Source of the DNA: Sarea resinae
Lineage: Eukaryota
DNA length: 64,000 bases
Direction: 5' to 3'
Assembly: GCA_026026165.1 (NCBI GenBank)
Contig: JAPEUD010000035.1
Coordinates: 1 to 64,000 of the forward strand
Shown here: in pieces, positions 59,362-64,000 of the stretch
Position numbering within the stretch: the first letter of the stretch is position 1
How the letters are laid out: the number at the start of each line of letters is the position of its first letter
Translations under genes and position numbers: made by a program
The notes under the pieces: model-generated
What the model saw: only the letters and a program-made list of their open reading frames with translations
The model's database searches: none
What the model was told of the DNA's origin: nothing

Positions 59362-61854
59362 TCAGATGATGTCTTCGTCCAAGAGATCCCTGCCCGCTCT
59401 CGCGTCGTCGCCATCGCGGCCCTGACGGCCCTTCCGACCTTTCTTCTTGCCCTTGCCATGCTCGGCCCGGCCCATAAGACCGCCCACCGCGCGCCTGACA
59501 CCCTCGACCTCGCCGTCGTCGCCAATCTCCACGTTAAACACCTGTTTTCCCTTCCCTCGTCCTGCGCCTTTTCCGTTGCCGTGCCCAGCAGCAAACTGAA
59601 CACCGCCATCGTCGCCATCATCATCATCACCCGTCATCTTCCTCCTCCCGTCCTTGACCGCTTTCCCCTTGTCGCCCTTCCGCCGTGGCAGCAGGCCTTT
59701 TCCGAGCCGTACCTCCCTCGCCACGCGCGTCTTGGCGCCCAGGGCCCACAGATCGCCCCACGCGCTCTTCCGCGCGTCGCGATACGCGAGCTTCGAGAAC
59801 GACTTCGGCACCGTCCAGCGCTCCAGCGTGCCCGAGGGCGTGCACAGGTCGAGGATGATGTGGCCCCGGCGTTTGAGGGGGGGCAGGATGGAACGCGGGA
59901 GCGAGAGCGTCGATATCGTCTTGTCGGGTTCTGCACGAGCGTGATCATTTTCATTTTCATGTTCATGCTCGTGCTCGTGGCCCGCAAACGCCGAATCCGT
60001 AGCTTCGTCCCCTTGGACCAGATTCCTAGCCACGCGATCGTCGCGGCCACGGCGGACGGCCAGGTAGCTGAACGCGACGTCTTCGTGGTTGCGGCCGCCC
60101 TTGGCATGAAGAAGGCGTTGCAGGTATGGCGGGCGGATGTAGCGCTGGGAGAAATGGCAAAAGTCCTTCCTGCCCGCACTCTTGCCTTCAGTTAGATACA
60201 TGGGGCATTTGGCATGATTTGTGCACGGCGCGATGATCATGCCCGACTCCTTTTTGGTGTGGGGGTCCATCTCCGGCGCTTCCAGCTCCGTGTTGTACGT
60301 CTCGGCATTTGGCGACGAAATGTGTGTGTCGAGGAGCATTTGCCGCGCGCCTGCTATGGCCTCAAAGCCGCGCGGGTGTCCCTTTTCGAGGAGGACGAGC
60401 ACGCCGCCGGCAGGGTCGAGCAGAGACCAGAGATTTTGGATGTGGGCTTTTCGGGTGTGGGGTTCGGTGAAGTGTTGGATGGTGTAAGGGGCGAGGATGA
60501 GGTCATACAATTTGCGTGGGGAGGAAGAAGAGGAGGGGATCGTGTCAGGGAGTCGGGGGAGGAAAGTGGTGTTGTCGAGGAGTTTGCTGGCGCGGTGACG
60601 CAGGGACGAGGAGCCAGTCACGACCGTGGCCTTGCCTTGTGGTGGGAGGTGCTGTTCTTCTTCTTCTTCTGGTGCGGAGGAGGTGGCGTTGTATTCTCTG
60701 ATCCGCTCTGTTTCCGCCTTGAGGATCTCTCGCCAGGCGATGACGCCTGCGCCTCCGGCCCCAGCGTCCAACACTCTTGGTCCGCCTTCCTTCTTCAACA
60801 GCTCTTCGATCCATTCCGCGCCTAGCCGCTTGCGAACCTCGACGAGTGTGCTTAGAATGCCGGCATAGGCTCCCGGCATGATCGCCGCAAGATAGACGTC
60901 AGCTTCCATTTCAGCCATTTTGCTCTGTGATGCTTCCAGAGAGAGGGGCTTCTGCTCTAGATGCTTCATTGAGCTAGGTGTAGATGTAGAGAATGGCAAG
61001 CCGCGACCGCCAAAGACTCGCTCGGCGACGTCTGATAGATGCTTGTTTGAGGAGTCGGTAAGGAGAGAGGTTATTGGTTCTGTAAAAGAGGCTTTTGGGA
61101 GCTGAATGGTGGTGTGGTTCATAGAGAATCGACCAGCTACGGTAAGAGGATGTGAACGTTGCGAATCTGAGGTTTCGTATTTGTTGATGTCATCTAGTTC
61201 TGCATCATCGTCGATGTCGATACTCGAAAGCTCTGAAGAGCCATTGTCGACCAGCCCGGCAGGACGCTGTTCTGCCCGAGCTGTCTGTGCCTCATCCCCT
61301 TGTCCTTGTTCCTTCGGGTGTAATGCTTTGGAAATATCATTCAATATCGTCAAGTCATGCCCGTGAGAGGATTCGGAATCAGAAGGATGAAGATCATCCT
61401 CTACCTCTTCTAGTTCCCCGTCTTTGTTTTCTCTGAAAAGGGCATTGCCAAGAGTCTCCTGCGCATCATCACTGTTGCCTTCAATCAGGTCATCCTCTTC
61501 CGCCGGATGCTGCAGTGGAGGTCCGTAAAGTCTCTCATAGAGCTTGTACTCTTCTACCCCAAGGACACCCTCAGGCAGACTCTCTCCAAAGAACCGTCGT
61601 GCTCTCAGAACAAGCTCTTCCATCTGCTCTTGTGTTCGGGCCGGAGCATCTTTCGTATCTTGCGGTTCCAGTGTGTCTTCTTGTAGATCGTCATCGAGTT
61701 CTCTGGCCGAGGAGTGGGATAGCTGTGGGCGAATGCGAGGCTGGTAATAACGAGTCGAGGTCTGGAATGATCGTACAGAGACAGTTTCGGTTCGCGCAAG
61801 CATCCGCAGCCTGCAAAGAGCGCAAACGGTCCTTATTGAGCGTGCCGCCAACAT
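59362..61854 (-). CDS. RSM22: Mitochondrial small-subunit assembly factor Rsm22/METTL17 (methyltransferase-like)
   Basis: Presequence MLAARSIR, RVLDAGAGGAG, VLLEKGHPRGFEAI, IIAPCTNHAKCPM...CHFSQRYIRP, LDLCTPSG, YRDARKSAWGDLW. Confidence 0.92.
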   Translation of the reverse strand: MLAARSIRTVCALCRLRMLARTETVSVRSFQTSTRYYQPRIRPQLSHSSARELDDDLQEDTLEPQDTKDAPARTQEQMEELVLRARRFFGESLPEGVLGVEEYKLYERLYGPPLQHPAEEDDLIEGNSDDAQETLGNALFRENKDGELEEVEDDLHPSDSESSHGHDLTILNDISKALHPKEQGQGDEAQTARAEQRPAGLVDNGSSELSSIDIDDDAELDDINKYETSDSQRSHPLTVAGRFSMNHTTIQLPKASFTEPITSLLTDSSNKHLSDVAERVFGGRGLPFSTSTPSSMKHLEQKPLSLEASQSKMAEMEADVYLAAIMPGAYAGILSTLVEVRKRLGAEWIEELLKKEGGPRVLDAGAGGAGVIAWREILKAETERIREYNATSSAPEEEEEQHLPPQGKATVVTGSSSLRHRASKLLDNTTFLPRLPDTIPSSSSSPRKLYDLILAPYTIQHFTEPHTRKAHIQNLWSLLDPAGGVLVLLEKGHPRGFEAIAGARQMLLDTHISSPNAETYNTELEAPEMDPHTKKESGMIIAPCTNHAKCPMYLTEGKSAGRKDFCHFSQRYIRPPYLQRLLHAKGGRNHEDVAFSYLAVRRGRDDRVARNLVQGDEATDSAFAGHEHEHEHENENDHARAEPDKTISTLSLPRSILPPLKRRGHIILDLCTPSGTLERWTVPKSFSKLAYRDARKSAWGDLWALGAKTRVAREVRLGKGLLPRRKGDKGKAVKDGRRKMTGDDDDGDDGGVQFAAGHGNGKGAGRGKGKQVFNVEIGDDGEVEGVRRAVGGLMGRAEHGKGKKKGRKGRQGRDGDDARAGRDLLDEDII

Positions 61855-62100
61855 ATTGACTGCCGTGGCGACTGAAGAAGAGAGCAGCAGCAGTTGCAGT
61901 AGCAGGAGCAGTGCTGAACAAAAGTTCGCTCCCGACGAGAGTTGATAATAATTGCTACATTGTGGTTGGTCACTACTCTCACCGCCCAACTAGGGCCGGT
62001 ACCAGCTCAGCTACGCCTCTCATGCGCGATCACAATCCTTCGATGATACTCACGGGCATACAGTCTATTGATGATATTTGCACCAGCTACAACAACAACG

Positions 62101-62150
62101 ACCAGCAACCAGCAACCAGCAACCAGCAACCAGCAACCAGCAACCAGCAA
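62101..62150. repeat. (ACCAGCA)x7 heptanucleotide repeat upstream of RSM22
   Basis: Directly visible tandem repeat. Confidence 0.85.
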
Positions 62151-62487
62151 CAACATTCAAGTCTATCTATCTCGAAAGCGGACCTCGGAAAGCAAATGCG
62201 CTGCCGTTGAGAGGGTGCAGGGAACAATAGTATATATGTAATGGCATGTGCAGAGCCCTCTCGATGATGATATTCTCCATGAAGACAACGCCGAGCTGAA
62301 GGAAATTGCGAGAGTATTTCCTCAATATATGATTGACGCTAATGCCACGGACATGTCGATGCCGATTCAATGGACCGCTGAACCTATCATAATCTTACCG
62401 AGTCAACGTCAGAATATATCAAGAGCAGAGGTTCCAGAACCACTTACCCCCGTGGCGCAGAACTATGACCTGCTTCAGCTCAGCTAG

Positions 62488-63297
62488 TCAGGCCAAACGT
62501 AAGGTCCTTTCGGTCCTCTGAGATCGCAGAAGACGGCGCCGAACGAAGACAGCGATCGCGAACAAGATTGCCAGGATAATGCACGCCTGGTCGATTCGTA
62601 TATCACCCCCCATAGTACTTATTTGCAGATGCCGAGCGCTGGTGGTGCCGTCGGTGCGCCCAAGTGATAGGTATGAAGGACGATGAGCTTCGCTGTACTC
62701 TTTTGGAGTCGACCCTTCATCTTTGGACATTCGCGCCAAAGCGAACGGATCGAAGTCGGTAGTCTCACGTTGGGCAGGCGTGGTGTGGAGCGAATCAATA
62801 TTTTCAATGCCGCCATTCTCAAGGCTAAGTGTCGGTGCAGCTTTGGCCGGCAGTTTCTCTTTGGCGATACTGACAGCCGCACCCGCAGTCTGTGAGGCTT
62901 TGACTTTCGCGGTGGGACTACCGACTGGATTGACTATGAGAGTCAATATGCTTGGTGTTGTCGGCTCTCCGATGGGGGATTTGGCTGCTTTAGATGGAGC
63001 TTCTTTCGCAGGAACCACTGACGGGACCGTAGCAGACACTTCTTGGCCATCAAGGCTGGAGTCGTCGTCGCCGTCGTCGTCGTCGCCGAATCCGCTTGGC
63101 AGAATGAATGCTGGCTCTTCGATGGGCGGATCATGGGGACCGTGGAGTGACGCTTTTTCCTGTTGAATCGGCGGATAAACGTCTGATCTCGAGCCATCTT
63201 TGCTGAAGTGTCCATGGGTTCCCCAATGTGCAAGCAAGAGATTCTTTCGAGCTCCTTCGGAATGCTTGCGAGAAGGCCTGGCCACAGCGGGAGGCAT
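62488..63297 (-). CDS. Hypothetical protein with a C-terminal TM helix and basic tail (tail-anchored-like); may have upstream exons
   Basis: 269-aa ORF starting at ATG; ends ACIILAILFAIAVFV-RRRLLR. Confidence 0.55.
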   Translation of the reverse strand: MPPAVARPSRKHSEGARKNLLLAHWGTHGHFSKDGSRSDVYPPIQQEKASLHGPHDPPIEEPAFILPSGFGDDDDGDDDSSLDGQEVSATVPSVVPAKEAPSKAAKSPIGEPTTPSILTLIVNPVGSPTAKVKASQTAGAAVSIAKEKLPAKAAPTLSLENGGIENIDSLHTTPAQRETTDFDPFALARMSKDEGSTPKEYSEAHRPSYLSLGRTDGTTSARHLQISTMGGDIRIDQACIILAILFAIAVFVRRRLLRSQRTERTLRLA

Positions 63298-64000
63298 TGT
63301 GAACGAAAGATGATCAGCAGAGCATGAGAATGCAGCAAGCGTGAGATGAGCAGGAGTAAGCTTCTCGCCGTCAATTATTCACAATGGTGCAAATGGCGGA
63401 ATAGCAAGAGAGAGAAGCAGAGGGACGGCACCCAGAAGTGATAACGCTTCCCAATTACGCTCCTGCCCTTTCTTTAGAACATGAGTGGGACGCTCCTTCC
63501 TCGTTGACGACGAGCATGCGACATACTCGCCTGCCCACCTAGGAGCCCTGGGTCCTTTAGAGAGAGCTTTGGAGATAAGGGCAGAGAGATGGCGAACCAG
63601 GCGAACCAGGCCACTCAATCCAATCAGTCCATTCAGTCTATGCAGTCCGGCCAGTCCGGCCAACCCAGATGTTGAGGGCGAGAAGTGTTGTAGACCCCCA
63701 CCGGATTGATCTAGAACTGGCCGGACCTCGAATTCACAATCTCAATCTACCTAACCAATGCCGGCGAGGAAGAACGGGAATCCATCGAGAGGACGCAGTG
63801 AACAGCGGATGGCGATTCAACCTTAAAGAGAGAGTCATGCCTGACGGCTCTTGGGAGTTCTCGTGATCCGTAGATGGCAGCAGATCGAAAGAAAAGGACA
63901 TGATATTGATCCATTGTACGAGAATGCTATATACGGCATACAGAGATAGAGGATAGATCAACAGCTGTTTCTGGAGTAGAGTGGCCATTGGATGGTGGAG

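Noticed and set aside
32813..61854. Several mitochondrial or metal-cofactor genes (Sco1, Rsm22, NIPSNAP, the 594-aa protein) as a functional cluster
   Set aside because: They are interspersed with unrelated housekeeping genes; this looks like ordinary gene order.
755..62490. Stop-codon readthrough contexts (TGA CTA, TAG CAR YYA) giving cryptic peroxisomal signals
   Set aside because: None of the gene stops I checked has such a context.

Overview
Gene-dense, intron-containing DNA from a filamentous ascomycete (Pezizomycotina-type GT-AG introns with CTRAY branch points, fungal-specific families such as annexin ANXC4 and an AspE-type septin). I can support about 22 conserved protein-coding genes: SGNH-type membrane protein, SET methyltransferase, ketopantoate reductase, C1D/Lrp1, Vps62-like, septin, annexin, molybdopterin synthase catalytic subunit, RBM5/10, DUF3433-like, Yae1, Vma22, Sco1, Fsh1, Rpn5, PNPOx-like, NIPSNAP, CPT1/EPT1, Rsm22 and conserved hypotheticals. 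There are also a few orphan ORFs, one intron-containing tRNA-Pro(AGG) and many microsatellites. I see no transposon, CRISPR array or biosynthetic cluster, and no new multi-gene system that I can support. The best signals are at the translation and splicing level: (1) a 195-codon open N-terminal extension with no AUG in any frame over about 625 nt, the signature of non-AUG initiation; (2) a ketopantoate reductase whose mitochondrial-presequence-like N-terminus seems reachable only from a CUG; (3) a weak-donor, structured, stop-containing intron in the RBM5/10 splicing-factor gene, a candidate autoregulatory switch. Family assignments come from motif recognition, not database searches, and exon boundaries were read by eye.
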